Shown: positions 15,845 to 24,839 of the stretch, in pieces
Position numbering within the stretch: position 1 is the stretch's first letter
Layout of the letters: each line of letters begins with the position of its first letter
IMG/VR virus record: IMGVR_UViG_3300031836_000038
Location: 1-36,290 of that record
Length of the DNA stretch: 36,290 nt
Reading direction: 5' to 3' (one strand)
From: a virus
Lineage: Duplodnaviria; Caudoviricetes
Program-made: the position numbers and the translations under genes
Notes under the pieces: model-generated
Told to the model about the DNA's origin: nothing
Database searches by the model: none
The model's input: the letters and a program-made list of their open reading frames with translations, nothing else

Positions 15845-17420
15845 GGAAATCGTTCAGGCCGATCACTACGTCAAGCTGTTCGATGAGGGTAAGCTAGAAA
15901 CGCGCCTGGACTTGCTGGAAGCCTTAAACCTGAAGTGGTTCCGACTCAATACGCTGTACAAGATCAAAGTGAAGGAGCCGGTCACAGATAAGAATGGCCG
16001 CAAGTCGTTTGTCGTGCGATTCCGGCCCAACCGGGCTCAGCGCATACGGTATGCCAGCCGACACAACCGCGACCTGATCCTGAAGGCCCGACAGCTGGGC
16101 TTCACCACGTTCGAAATGATTGATGCGCTGGACGATTGCTTATTCACGGCAAACTTCAACGCGGGCTGTATCGCACACGCTCTGGACGACGCTAAAAGCA
16201 TCTATCGCAACAAGATCCGGTTCGCTTACGAGAACATCCCGGCCAGCTGGCTGGCAATCCTCGACACCCTTGGCTTTGTGATGCCGGTACCCACATCGGA
16301 CAAGAGTGAGGGTTACGTTTTCAGCAACGGCTCCAGCATCCACGTCAGCACCGGCTATCGGGGCGGCACACTGCAGCGGCTGCACGTATCAGAGTTCGGC
16401 AAGATCTGCCGCAAGTACCCTGAGAAAGCCGAAGAGATTATCTCCGGCGCCTTTGAGGCTGTCCCACTCGATGGCCAGATTACGATTGAATCCACTGCAG
16501 AGGGTCGTGAAGGGCGCTTTTATCAATACGCCACCGAAGCTCAACGGGCGCTGCAGCAAGGCGCAAAGCTTACATCCCTAGACTTCCGGTTTCACTTTTT
16601 CCCCTGGTGGGAAGAGGCGGATTACACCATGGACCCGGACGGCGTGGTGATTGACAGCAAGAAGGCCGACTACTTCGCATCGCTTGAGAAGGTCATCGGC
16701 CAGGCACTCACCCCGGGGCAGCGAGCGTGGTACGTGAAGAAAGAAAGCGTACTGAAAGACAAAATGAAGCGCGAATACCCCAGCACCCCAGAAGAATCGT
16801 TTGAGCAGGCGATTGAGGGCGCGTACTTCACCACACAAATGGCCCTGCTGCGCGAAAAGAAGCAGATTCGCCGCGTGCCCTACGACCACCGCCTGCCCGT
16901 TTACACGTTCTGGGATCTGGGGCGCAACGATTTTACCGCCATCTGGTTCATGCAGTATGCGTGGGGCGAATACCGGATGATCCGCTACTACGAGAACAAC
17001 GGCGAGAACATCCAGTTCTATTGCCGCAAGCTGCGCGAATTTGAATACCACTACAGCACCGTTTATCTGCCCCACGACGCCGCTGTGACCGACTACAGCA
17101 ACGCTGACAACATGAGCCGCCGCGACATAGTGGCCAGTATGGGTTATGGCGTAGAGGTGGTGACAAAGTGTCAGGACAAGCGCGAGGCCATACAGGCCGC
17201 GAGAGACATCCTGCCGGCCTGCTGGTTCGATGAAGAAAACTGCTCTGTGGGCATCGCACATCTGGATGCCCACCGCAAAGATTGGAACGACTCAACCGGC
17301 AACTGGAAAGACGAGCCATTCCGCGGCCCCGCCAAGCACGCAGCTGACGCTCTTGAGCAAATGGCCCGAGGCTTTTCCATGGTGGCAGGCGGCGAATCAT
17401 ACGAACCGGAGGTGTGCTGA
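15831..17420 (+). CDS. terL: terminase large subunit
   Basis: Walker A ILKARQLGFTT, Walker B LHVSEFG, coupling motif ESTAEG, nuclease WDLGRND and H.ADA. Confidence 0.97.
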   Translation: MTRSEEIVQADHYVKLFDEGKLETRLDLLEALNLKWFRLNTLYKIKVKEPVTDKNGRKSFVVRFRPNRAQRIRYASRHNRDLILKARQLGFTTFEMIDALDDCLFTANFNAGCIAHALDDAKSIYRNKIRFAYENIPASWLAILDTLGFVMPVPTSDKSEGYVFSNGSSIHVSTGYRGGTLQRLHVSEFGKICRKYPEKAEEIISGAFEAVPLDGQITIESTAEGREGRFYQYATEAQRALQQGAKLTSLDFRFHFFPWWEEADYTMDPDGVVIDSKKADYFASLEKVIGQALTPGQRAWYVKKESVLKDKMKREYPSTPEESFEQAIEGAYFTTQMALLREKKQIRRVPYDHRLPVYTFWDLGRNDFTAIWFMQYAWGEYRMIRYYENNGENIQFYCRKLREFEYHYSTVYLPHDAAVTDYSNADNMSRRDIVASMGYGVEVVTKCQDKREAIQAARDILPACWFDEENCSVGIAHLDAHRKDWNDSTGNWKDEPFRGPAKHAADALEQMARGFSMVAGGESYEPEVC

Positions 17421-17569
17421 TGGCAAAGACGATCACGGTTGACCAGCTGGTGTACGCACTGGAAGGCCCGAAGACGAAAGTTCCAACCTACCGATTTGGC
17501 AAGAAAGTGTTCATGGAATACGAAAAGCTCCCCGGCGAATCCAAGGTGAAGAATGACAAGCCAAAGTAA
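17420..17569 (+). CDS. 49 aa basic hypothetical protein
   Basis: TGATG overlap with terL and GGAGGT RBS; MAKTITVDQLVYALEGPKTKVPTYRFGKKVF... Not in the track. Confidence 0.6.
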   Translation: MAKTITVDQLVYALEGPKTKVPTYRFGKKVFMEYEKLPGESKVKNDKPK

Positions 17570-17915
17570 CATTGTGATCGGCAACGAGTTGCGCCCCGAA
17601 GACCACATCAAAGAGATGGACTGGGCCAGGCGCATTGCAGACTGCCTGGAAAAGCATTACCCGGGTTATTTGTGGGCCGTGAACGTGGATATGTACGGCG
17701 GCATGGCCACCATTCAATCACTGCAGCTGTCCGGAGAGTGGGGTTGTTACCTGAAAATGAGCAGCATTATCAACGACCCGTTCTTGGCCAAAGTAAAACA
17801 GTATGGCGGCGAAATCCTAGAACGCCATCGCGTGAGTCGCAGTGCCGCCAATGCGGATCAGATTGGAGCATTGCAGCGCGACCGACTCGGCAACATTCTG
17901 GCGGATCACACATAA
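17553..17915 (+). CDS. hypothetical head-region protein
   Basis: 120 aa, L.KHYPGY.WAV...GGEILER. TAATG coupled to the portal gene. Confidence 0.75.
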   Translation: MTSQSNIVIGNELRPEDHIKEMDWARRIADCLEKHYPGYLWAVNVDMYGGMATIQSLQLSGEWGCYLKMSSIINDPFLAKVKQYGGEILERHRVSRSAANADQIGALQRDRLGNILADHT

Positions 17916-20209
17916 TGGCTGATGAAATCGAAGTTCCAGAAGGCCTGTATGCTGATATTGTCAGCGAAATGGAGGCCGAGCAGAGTGGCCCGAACCCTGA
18001 CGAGTATTGGCTGGGCCTGGCGTCCACGGCCTTCACCACGTCTACCGACTATCTTGATGCCAACATTCGCAACCAGTGGGACGACTCGATAGCTCACCAG
18101 AACAACGAGCACGCCAGCGGCAGCAAATACCTGTCCGACACCTACCGCGCTCGCTCCAAGATGTTCCGGCCCAAGACCCGCACCAACAATCAGGCCGCAG
18201 AGGCATCGTTCGCTAAGGCCATGTTCAGCACCTCGGATCTGGTCAACGTCGAGCCCGAGAACGACAACGATCCCCTGCAGCGCGTCAGTGCCGACATTAA
18301 CGGCTTTCTGATGCAGTACCGGTTGGCCACGTCGATCAAGTGGTATCTGACCGCCATGGGCGCGTATCAGGACGCGCGGGTGTACGGCGTCTGCGCTTCC
18401 TACCAGTATTGGGACTTTGAGGAAGTCATCGAAGACGAGCCCGAGAAAGAACCGGACGGCCCGCTGTCTGGGCTAGAGCAAGGCAGCCCGGCGACGGATG
18501 AGCACCAGCAATACGGCCAGGTCATCAACCGACCTACCGGCAGCGCTGATACAGCCCCTGTGGGTGGTGGTGAGATCGAGGACTTTCTGCCTGAGCCAAC
18601 ACCGGTGTCAAAAGCCGTTCGTGTATTGCGCGATAAACCGGCCTGCGATCTGTTGCCGCCCGAGAATGTGCGCTTTGAGCCTAACGCCGACTGGCGCGAC
18701 CCCATCAACACCAGTCCCTACGTGGTCAGACTGGTGCCGAAGTACGCCGACGAAGCAATGCAGAAGATTGCCGCTAACGGTTGGCGTGAGCATGACATCA
18801 GTGCATTGATTCATGCAGGCAGCAATATGAATGAGCGCTCAGACCGCACCCGCGCAAAGCGTCAGGGTGAAGACCGGCAAGACCCGAGCGACCAGTCAGG
18901 CACCGAGCGCAACGAGTTCAGGATGGTTTGGCTGCACGAGAACTTTATTCGTGTGGGTGGTCAGGACTACGTGTTCTGGACCTGCGGCACGGACTTATTG
19001 CTCAGCGAGCCCACCCCCATAGAAGAGATCTACCCACACCTGCGCCACGGCGAACGTCCGATTACTCTGGGCGTGTGCGTAATTGAGAGTCACCGGAACT
19101 ACCCGATGAGCCCGACGCAGCTGATTGCACCGCTGCAGGAGCAAAGCAACGACATTTCCAACCAGCGCATGGATAACGTGCGGCTGGTACTGAACAAGCG
19201 CTACATTTTAAAGCGGACACAGGGCGGTGGCGGTATTGATATGGCAGCCCTTGCCCGCTCTACCCCGGGCAGCTCAGTGATGACCCAAGACCCGGAGAAA
19301 GACATTCGGGTACTGGAAACCAATGACGTGACCAGCTCCAGCTATCAAGAGCAGGACCGGCTAGACCTGGCTATTGATGAGTTGTCCGGCACCTTCAGCC
19401 AGCAGACCGTTCAGAACAATCGCAACCTGAACGAAACCGTCGGCGGCATGGAGATGATGAACGCGGGGGCGTCGGACATTACCGAGTACGCCATTCGCAC
19501 GTTTATTGAGACTTGGGTTGAGCCTACCCTCAGTCAGTTGGTCAGGCTTGAGCAGTATTACGAAACCAACGAAACCGTTCTGGCCATGGCGCAGGAATCC
19601 TCCAAGGGATACCAGCAGTTCGGACAGGGCGTGGCTATGGACGAGATGCTACGCCAAGAGCTGACCATTAATGTTAACGCCGGTTTTGGCAAGACCGACC
19701 CGCAGAAACGCCTGAACAGCCTGAACACAGCCATGCAGTCCGTGGCCCATCTGCCCAGCGCCATTGCCCGACTCGATGAAGATGAGGTTATCAAGGAGAT
19801 CTTTGGTAACGCCGGGTACCGCGATGGTAAACGCTTCTTTAAGCCGATGGACGAGTTCAAAAAAGAGATGAAGTCCCAGCAGCAAGGCCCGCAAGGCGAT
19901 CCGGTGAAGCTGCAGGAGCTGGAGTTAAAGGCTCAGGAAATGCAGTTCCGACAGCAGATGGAGCAGCAGAAGATGCAGCTGGATCAAGAACGCTGGCAGG
20001 CCGAGATCAGCATGAAGCGCGAATTCGATATGATGAAGCTGGCCCTGGATGAAAACAAAACCATGGCGCAGATTCAGGCTCAACTAGGTCTGAAAGAGAG
20101 CGACAACAAGACCAAGCGGGATATTGAGGCCGGCAAGCAAACGCTGGATCAAGCCCGATTGATTAACGAGCAGCGCAACCAGCAGATGGGGTATGACACG
20201 TATGGATGA
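17915..20209 (+). CDS. portal protein
   Basis: Likely start MADEIEV at 17915 (764 aa). RSK.FRPKTR, PLQ...N...NQR.DNV.LV.N, ETVGGM, and a Q-rich coiled-coil C-terminal barrel as in podoviral portals. Follows terL. Confidence 0.9.
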   Translation: MADEIEVPEGLYADIVSEMEAEQSGPNPDEYWLGLASTAFTTSTDYLDANIRNQWDDSIAHQNNEHASGSKYLSDTYRARSKMFRPKTRTNNQAAEASFAKAMFSTSDLVNVEPENDNDPLQRVSADINGFLMQYRLATSIKWYLTAMGAYQDARVYGVCASYQYWDFEEVIEDEPEKEPDGPLSGLEQGSPATDEHQQYGQVINRPTGSADTAPVGGGEIEDFLPEPTPVSKAVRVLRDKPACDLLPPENVRFEPNADWRDPINTSPYVVRLVPKYADEAMQKIAANGWREHDISALIHAGSNMNERSDRTRAKRQGEDRQDPSDQSGTERNEFRMVWLHENFIRVGGQDYVFWTCGTDLLLSEPTPIEEIYPHLRHGERPITLGVCVIESHRNYPMSPTQLIAPLQEQSNDISNQRMDNVRLVLNKRYILKRTQGGGGIDMAALARSTPGSSVMTQDPEKDIRVLETNDVTSSSYQEQDRLDLAIDELSGTFSQQTVQNNRNLNETVGGMEMMNAGASDITEYAIRTFIETWVEPTLSQLVRLEQYYETNETVLAMAQESSKGYQQFGQGVAMDEMLRQELTINVNAGFGKTDPQKRLNSLNTAMQSVAHLPSAIARLDEDEVIKEIFGNAGYRDGKRFFKPMDEFKKEMKSQQQGPQGDPVKLQELELKAQEMQFRQQMEQQKMQLDQERWQAEISMKREFDMMKLALDENKTMAQIQAQLGLKESDNKTKRDIEAGKQTLDQARLINEQRNQQMGYDTYG

Positions 20210-20528
20210 GCACCCGGAAGATCAGGTGGTTCGCAGTAAGTCTGAACAATTCCTGTTTGCGGGGTTTGCCGTCGGCGAAGGCGTATCCAACTTTCTGCGC
20301 ACCGACGCCGGCCGATACTTGCAGGGCGTGGCCGAACAGGAAATTGGCGAGGCGGTGCATGTATTTTTAGGCCAAGTGGATGCCCGGCGCAGCATTGAGC
20401 AGATTGCCGGAGCCCACGCACAAGCACAGAAGGCCCGCAAGGCCTTTATATGGATGCTTGAGGCCATACAGGCCGGTGAGGCTGCGGAGTACCAGCTGCG
20501 AGAACTGGACGATATGGAGCGACGCTAA
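20193..20528 (+). CDS. hypothetical helical protein between portal and scaffold
   Basis: 111 aa, FL..D.GRYL...A..E and W..EAI..G..A..QL. Confidence 0.75.
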   Translation: MTRMDEHPEDQVVRSKSEQFLFAGFAVGEGVSNFLRTDAGRYLQGVAEQEIGEAVHVFLGQVDARRSIEQIAGAHAQAQKARKAFIWMLEAIQAGEAAEYQLRELDDMERR

Positions 20529-20547
20529 ACCCAACAATCACCCACTG

Positions 20548-20571
20548 ACCCGCCACTGAGCGGGTTTTTTT
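20548..20571 (+). terminator. intrinsic terminator
   Basis: ACCCGC-CACTGA-GCGGGT followed by a T run. Confidence 0.8.
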
Positions 20572-20592
20572 ATACCTGAAATGAGGCACACC

Positions 20593-21699
20593 ATGACCGA
20601 CGAAGCTACCAACAATGGCGTTTCTGAGTCAGAAGATCACGGCTTTGGAGCCGACCGTCTGGCCAAAATCAACGCGATTCAGAGTGACCGCTCACAAGAG
20701 CGCAACCCGGATGGCGCAGATGACGAGGACGCCCTGGCGCTGTTGCAATCCCAAGCCGAAGCGCTGGACGACGAGCTGAAAGGCTACGACGACGGCGAAC
20801 CGGATGAAGAATTGGCTGACGATGCCGGCAGTGATGTTGACGCCAAGGCCGATGACGGCGACCCCATGCCTGACAGTGATTTGCCGCTGTACATGGAAGG
20901 CGGTCAGTGGATGGCCCGTATCAAAGTCGATGGCGAGATCAAAGAGATCCCGTTTGCCCGACTGCAGGCCGCCGCACAGAAACTGGAAGCAGGCGATAAA
21001 CGGCTGGAAGAAGCCAACCGTCTGCGCCAAGAGATTGATACCCGAGAACAACAGTTGTTGCAGCGTGAGCAACAACTCCAGAATCAGCCACCCGCCCAGG
21101 GCGCTGACAGTCCGAGCCAGACTGAAAACGGCCAACCGGACGACGTGCGAGCGATTGCCCGGAAGTACCACGAAGCCCTGTTGAACGGCGATGACGACGA
21201 CGTAACCGCCGACTTACTGACTCAGCTCACTACCGCGGGACGGCATCAGCCGCAAGTCGATGTGGCGCAGATTGCTCAGCAAGTCGAACGCCAAGTCGAG
21301 GCTCGCATTGCCGCAGGCAAGCGCGAATCGGACGACCGCCAACAGCAAGATGTGCGCAATACCGAGTTGCGCGATGCGTTTTCCACCTTCAAAGACGAGT
21401 TCAAGGATGTGTCTGGTGATAAAGAATTACTCCAGATGGCTGACCGACTGACCGTCGTTGTGGCCCAGGAATACCCTACCTATACCCCTATCCAAGTGAT
21501 GCGGGAGGCGGGTAAGCGAACACGTACCTGGCTGCAAGAGAAGACTGGAGGCGCTGTTCGCACCAACCGCAAGCGCAACCTAAAAACCGCGACTGGCACC
21601 GGAGCTATTCAGCCTGGCAAGCCGGAAGTGAAACCAAAAACCCGAACGGATCAACTAAACGAAATTCGTTCGGCGCGTGGGCAAGTGCCCATTGGCTAA
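20593..21699 (+). CDS. capsid scaffolding protein
   Basis: Acidic N-terminus, IKVDGEIKEIP..L...QK..A.D.RL.EA motif, coiled coil, basic C-terminus. Directly before the capsid gene. Start after GAGG at 20593. Confidence 0.85.
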   Translation: MTDEATNNGVSESEDHGFGADRLAKINAIQSDRSQERNPDGADDEDALALLQSQAEALDDELKGYDDGEPDEELADDAGSDVDAKADDGDPMPDSDLPLYMEGGQWMARIKVDGEIKEIPFARLQAAAQKLEAGDKRLEEANRLRQEIDTREQQLLQREQQLQNQPPAQGADSPSQTENGQPDDVRAIARKYHEALLNGDDDDVTADLLTQLTTAGRHQPQVDVAQIAQQVERQVEARIAAGKRESDDRQQQDVRNTELRDAFSTFKDEFKDVSGDKELLQMADRLTVVVAQEYPTYTPIQVMREAGKRTRTWLQEKTGGAVRTNRKRNLKTATGTGAIQPGKPEVKPKTRTDQLNEIRSARGQVPIG

Positions 21700-21717
21700 T
21701 CAAGAGGTAATACAGCC

Positions 21718-22573
21718 ATGAGTCAATTATGGAGCGTTGATACACTGGGCGGGTTTATGTATTCGGACCAGCTCTCATCCACCCTGCGGACTTCCCTGCA
21801 GCCCCTGACCCGCTTCCGCAACTTCTGCGACGTAGAAGACGCGAAAGAAAAGGGCACCGGCGACCTGTTCAACTGGAACGTCTATTCGGACGTGGCCACC
21901 CAAGGCGGAACACTCGCCGAAGGGTCCACGATGCCGGAAACCACGTTCAGCATCAGCCAGGAAACCTTGACCGTTACCGAAAAGGGTAACTCTGTCCCCT
22001 ACACGCGCAAGCTGGATATTCTGTCCAAGCATTCGTGCGAGCAGGTGATTCACAAGGTTCTGAAGAACGATGCCAGCAAAGCATTGGATACCGCCGCTTA
22101 CACTGAGTTTGCGAAGGCCCCTGTGCAAATGGCCCCGACCGGAGGCACCAGCGCTACCGCTGTGACCTTCACCGAAGGCGTGACTACCATCACCAACAAC
22201 GTGGGACTATCCAAAGAGCACGTCAAGGCCATTGCCGACGAGATGGCCGAGCGCAACGTGACGCCATACGACGGCGAGAACTACTGCGCACTGGGTCGCC
22301 CGACCACTTTCCGCCCCTTCAAAGACGATCTGGAAGAGCTTCACAAGTACGTGGATGCAGGCTATGCCCGCATTGCGGCTGGTGAAATTGGCCGCTACGA
22401 AGGCATTCGCTTCTTCCAGCAAACCAACATTGGCACCAAAGGCTGGACCAATAGCAAGTCTGATGAAGCGTTCTTCTTTGGCGCCGATACCGCCTGTGAG
22501 GCGATTGTCGAACCCGAGCAGATTCGTGCGAAGTTGCCGGGTGACTACGGTCGTTCGCGCGGCATGGCGTGGT
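21718..22573 (+). CDS. major capsid protein (N4-gp56-like), exon 1
   Basis: Q.W....GG..YSD.LS..LR...QP..RFR.FCD, E.GNSVPYT.KL..LS, GEIGRYEG.RF, DYGRS.G.AW. The exon ends at T22573. Confidence 0.92.
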
Positions 22574-22852
22574 TAAACTAAGGTATAGCCACGAACGTCT
22601 GGCAACAGGCGTTTAGAAACTCCGTGAACTGCTGGGAACCCCTTAGAGCCTGACCACCACAACGTAGCTGGAAACGGCAAGCGTGAAGGTTTAAAAACGG
22701 ACAGGATTGGGAAATCAGCAGCCAAGCCCCGCATAAAAGGGGAAGGTTCAACGACCATCATGTAGGGCTAAGTGGCCCGAAGTGCGGAGCCCCGGAAACG
22801 GGTGAAGATATGGTCTGGTCTGCATCGAAAGATGTAGCGGCGCGGCTTTATA

Positions 22853-22861
22853 TGGTATTAT
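22853..22861 (+). promoter_or_regulatory. possible extended -10 promoter for the HNH gene
   Basis: TG-g-TATTAT about 30 nt before the HNH ATG. No clear -35. Confidence 0.4.
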
Positions 22862-22889
22862 TGCGTGTACTCAAAACAGAGGGCGTGCA

Positions 22890-23384
22890 ATGAATATTAA
22901 TATAGAGCTCATCGAAAGGTTCCATGAAAAATGGACTCTGAGCCCCAGCGGTTGCTGGGAGTGGCAGGCAGCTAAGGCTGGTGCTGGGTACGGCGCAATG
23001 AAGCAGCCGGGAACCAGGATTATGCTTTACGCCCATAGGCTTTCTTATTTGCTTCATCATGGTGATCTGGCAGATAAAGAAGTTGTTTGTCACAGTTGCG
23101 ACAACCCATCTTGTGTTAAGCCGAGCCATCTATTTAAGGGTACAGCTAAAGACAACCTTCAGGACATGAAGGCAAAGTCCAGGCATTTATTCGGCGAGCG
23201 AAACGGTTCTTCAAAGCTGACTGACGACAAAGTGCGCCAGATTCACCGCTTGGAACTTGAAGGCTTATCGCAAGGGAAAATCGCAAAATCGTTCGGAGTT
23301 GCCCAAGGCACGGTTAACAAAATCCTGCACGGGCAAAGATGGAATCACATCTACCTAGAGATGAAAGGCGCGGGTCAGGATTAA
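22890..23384 (+). CDS. intron-encoded HNH homing endonuclease
   Basis: CWEW.....GYG........AHR.SY..H.G......VCHSCDNPSCV.P.HL..GT..DN..DM..K.R, then SKLT...V..I and a C-terminal HTH (SQGKIAKSFGVAQGTV..I..G..W). GAGGG RBS. Confidence 0.95.
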   Translation: MNINIELIERFHEKWTLSPSGCWEWQAAKAGAGYGAMKQPGTRIMLYAHRLSYLLHHGDLADKEVVCHSCDNPSCVKPSHLFKGTAKDNLQDMKAKSRHLFGERNGSSKLTDDKVRQIHRLELEGLSQGKIAKSFGVAQGTVNKILHGQRWNHIYLEMKGAGQD

Positions 23385-23406
23385 CGCCCCTGGCTGAACA
23401 TAAACG

Positions 23407-23483
23407 TATATATCGGCGGCTATGGCATTTCTCACACCGCCGCTGCAAACGCTCGCATCTTCAAGTGGTCGTCTGCCGCTTAA
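23407..23483 (+). CDS. major capsid protein, exon 2
   Basis: Ligation T+TA TAT ATC GGC GGC TAT GGC gives ...GMAW-L-YIGGYGISHTAAANARIFKWSSAA*. 856+77=933 nt, 310 aa, in frame. Confidence 0.92.
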
Positions 23484-23491
23484 ACCCCTGC

Positions 23492-23519
23492 AGGGCGGCA
23501 CACGTCGCCCTTTGCTTTT
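23492..23519 (+). terminator. hairpin/terminator after the capsid gene
   Basis: AGGGCGGC-ACAC-GTCGCCCT then TTGCTTTT. Confidence 0.6.
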
Positions 23520-23536
23520 GATATGAGGAAACACCC

Positions 23537-23692
23537 ATGAAAGATTCCAAGATGGGCGCGAAAGGCGCCAAGGGCAGCGAGAGCGCAATCAGCGAAGGTC
23601 TGCGCGATAAGTCAAACTTCAACTCGAAAGAGATGCACAAGCCTGGCAACGAGAAGTCTCAGCGCCCGGCCAAAGGTTCAGACCGCATCTAA
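23537..23692 (+). CDS. 51 aa basic, low-complexity peptide
   Basis: GAGGA RBS; MKDSKMGAKGAKGSESAISEGLRDKSNFNSKEMHKPGNEKSQRPAKGSDRI*. Not in the track. Confidence 0.6.
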   Translation: MKDSKMGAKGAKGSESAISEGLRDKSNFNSKEMHKPGNEKSQRPAKGSDRI

Positions 23693-23707
23693 ACGCGGTT
23701 CAATCAG

Positions 23708-23737
23708 AAAAGGGGCTGCTTCGGTGGCCCCTTTTTT
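23708..23737. terminator. bidirectional intrinsic terminator
   Basis: AAAAGGGGCTGC-TTCG-GTGGCCCCTTTTTT. Confidence 0.85.
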
Positions 23738-23749
23738 ATGGGAGGCACT

Positions 23750-23962
23750 ATGCCCGTTAAATACCCGTACCAAGGTTTGATGATGACCGATGAGCGCAAC
23801 AAAGTGATGCGCAATGTTGGTCGCGGCTCCGACTATCACATGGACGACTATAAGCCCGACCAAGGAATCAACGCCGAGCCGACCGATGGCCCGACCGAGG
23901 GGGTGGTCAGCGCAAAGCGACTCAACCCACACCATCACATCAAGAGCGGGAGTTGCGACTGA
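23750..23962 (+). CDS. hypothetical protein
   Basis: GGAGG RBS then MPVKYPYQG; 70 aa. TGATG coupling downstream. Confidence 0.65.
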   Translation: MPVKYPYQGLMMTDERNKVMRNVGRGSDYHMDDYKPDQGINAEPTDGPTEGVVSAKRLNPHHHIKSGSCD

Positions 23963-24180
23963 TGCTGGACACCGCCAAGCCCTTTGGCCGGGTTCGTGGC
24001 GCCCCGGGCATTGCGTATGAGCAGGCCGGCAACCTGTACAACGCCCAGAAAGAGCCGGTAGATGCGTCAGGCCAGCCGCTCAAGAAGTCAGCGCCCAAGA
24101 AGTCAGCCCCCAAGGCTAAGACAGAAGATCGCCCCGCGGGCGTCCGGCCCATGAGCGAGCAGGAAGAGGATAACGAATGA
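23962..24180 (+). CDS. hypothetical head-associated protein
   Basis: MLD..KPFG.V.G.....YEQ.G..Y followed by a K/A/P-rich tail. Coupled on both sides. Confidence 0.65.
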   Translation: MLDTAKPFGRVRGAPGIAYEQAGNLYNAQKEPVDASGQPLKKSAPKKSAPKAKTEDRPAGVRPMSEQEEDNE

Positions 24181-24839
24181 ATTACAGGGCTCTGTGCAGC
24201 ACATTTGTGCGAGAAGTCGGTATCGGCGGCGGCGGCGAGGTGCCAACAGTCGTTGGTCAGACCGGCGAGTTGGCGCGGGTGGTGGGCTGGATTGCTCAGG
24301 CCAACGCTGACATTCAGAGCCTGTACTTCGACTGGAAATTTCTCTGGTCAGCCAACACCTTTGACGCCCTGGCAGATATAAGCACCTACGCACGGCCTGA
24401 AAACTGCCACTTCTATGAGCGCGACAAGGCATCCATTGGCAATGTGCGCGGCGTTACCGTGGTGGAGCATGAACTGTGGGACGGCTACGACGACGGCGCC
24501 ACTGGCAGGCCCACCACGATTGTCTTGCTGCCCGATGGCCGGGTTCAGCTGTACCCAACACCCGACGCCGTGTATGCGGTCAGCCTGCCGTATTACCGCA
24601 CCCCGCAGATCCTGACTGACAACACCGACATCCCACTGATACCGGAGTCGTATCACGACCTGATCTGGATGCGAGCCGTGATTAAGTACGGCTACTACGA
24701 GTCTGCGCCTGAGATGCTGCAGCGGGTTCAGGCCGAATACCCCAGCCGCCTGGCGTCACTGGAAGCCAATCAATTACCCAATCGCTACCGGTACGGTCTG
24801 GCGCACGACGGCGATCCGCTGGTGGTGGTGCCGCAATGA
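24177..24839 (+). CDS. head-tail adaptor / tail tubular protein A-like
   Basis: MNY..LC....E.G, WI..A...IQ....W.FL, G.P......PD....LYP.PD..Y, D.P.IP..YH..I...A. Confidence 0.75.
   Translation: MNYRALCSTFVREVGIGGGGEVPTVVGQTGELARVVGWIAQANADIQSLYFDWKFLWSANTFDALADISTYARPENCHFYERDKASIGNVRGVTVVEHELWDGYDDGATGRPTTIVLLPDGRVQLYPTPDAVYAVSLPYYRTPQILTDNTDIPLIPESYHDLIWMRAVIKYGYYESAPEMLQRVQAEYPSRLASLEANQLPNRYRYGLAHDGDPLVVVPQ

Larger units (their letters stand above)
22574..23406 (+). mobile_element. group I self-splicing intron (IA-like core) with homing endonuclease
   Basis: P1: exon CGTGGT pairs with GCCACG (22588-22593), U.G at the splice site. P AACTGCTGGGA 22627-22637, Q AATCAGCAG 22713-22721, R TTCAACGACCA 22747-22757, S AAGATATGGTC 22805-22815. 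P3 CTCCGT/GCGGAG, P9 CTGCATC-GAAA-GATGTAG, terminal G23406. P10: GTATA pairs with exon 2 TATAT. Confidence 0.95.

Noticed and set aside
17672-17914. N-terminal extension of the portal (845 aa version)
   Set aside because: It overlaps the 17553..17915 gene. TAATG coupling points to a start at 17915.
15831-20209. Intein in terL or portal
   Set aside because: TerL has normal length and contiguous motifs. The acidic portal insert near 18420-18610 lacks intein ends (C/S start, HN end).
21718-22581. 287 aa ORF as the complete capsid protein
   Set aside because: Its stop codon lies inside the intron P1 loop. The missing C-terminus is in frame after G23406.
22890-23384. Free-standing HNH or packaging-associated HNH
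   Set aside because: It lies inside the P9 region of a complete group I intron, far from terS/terL.
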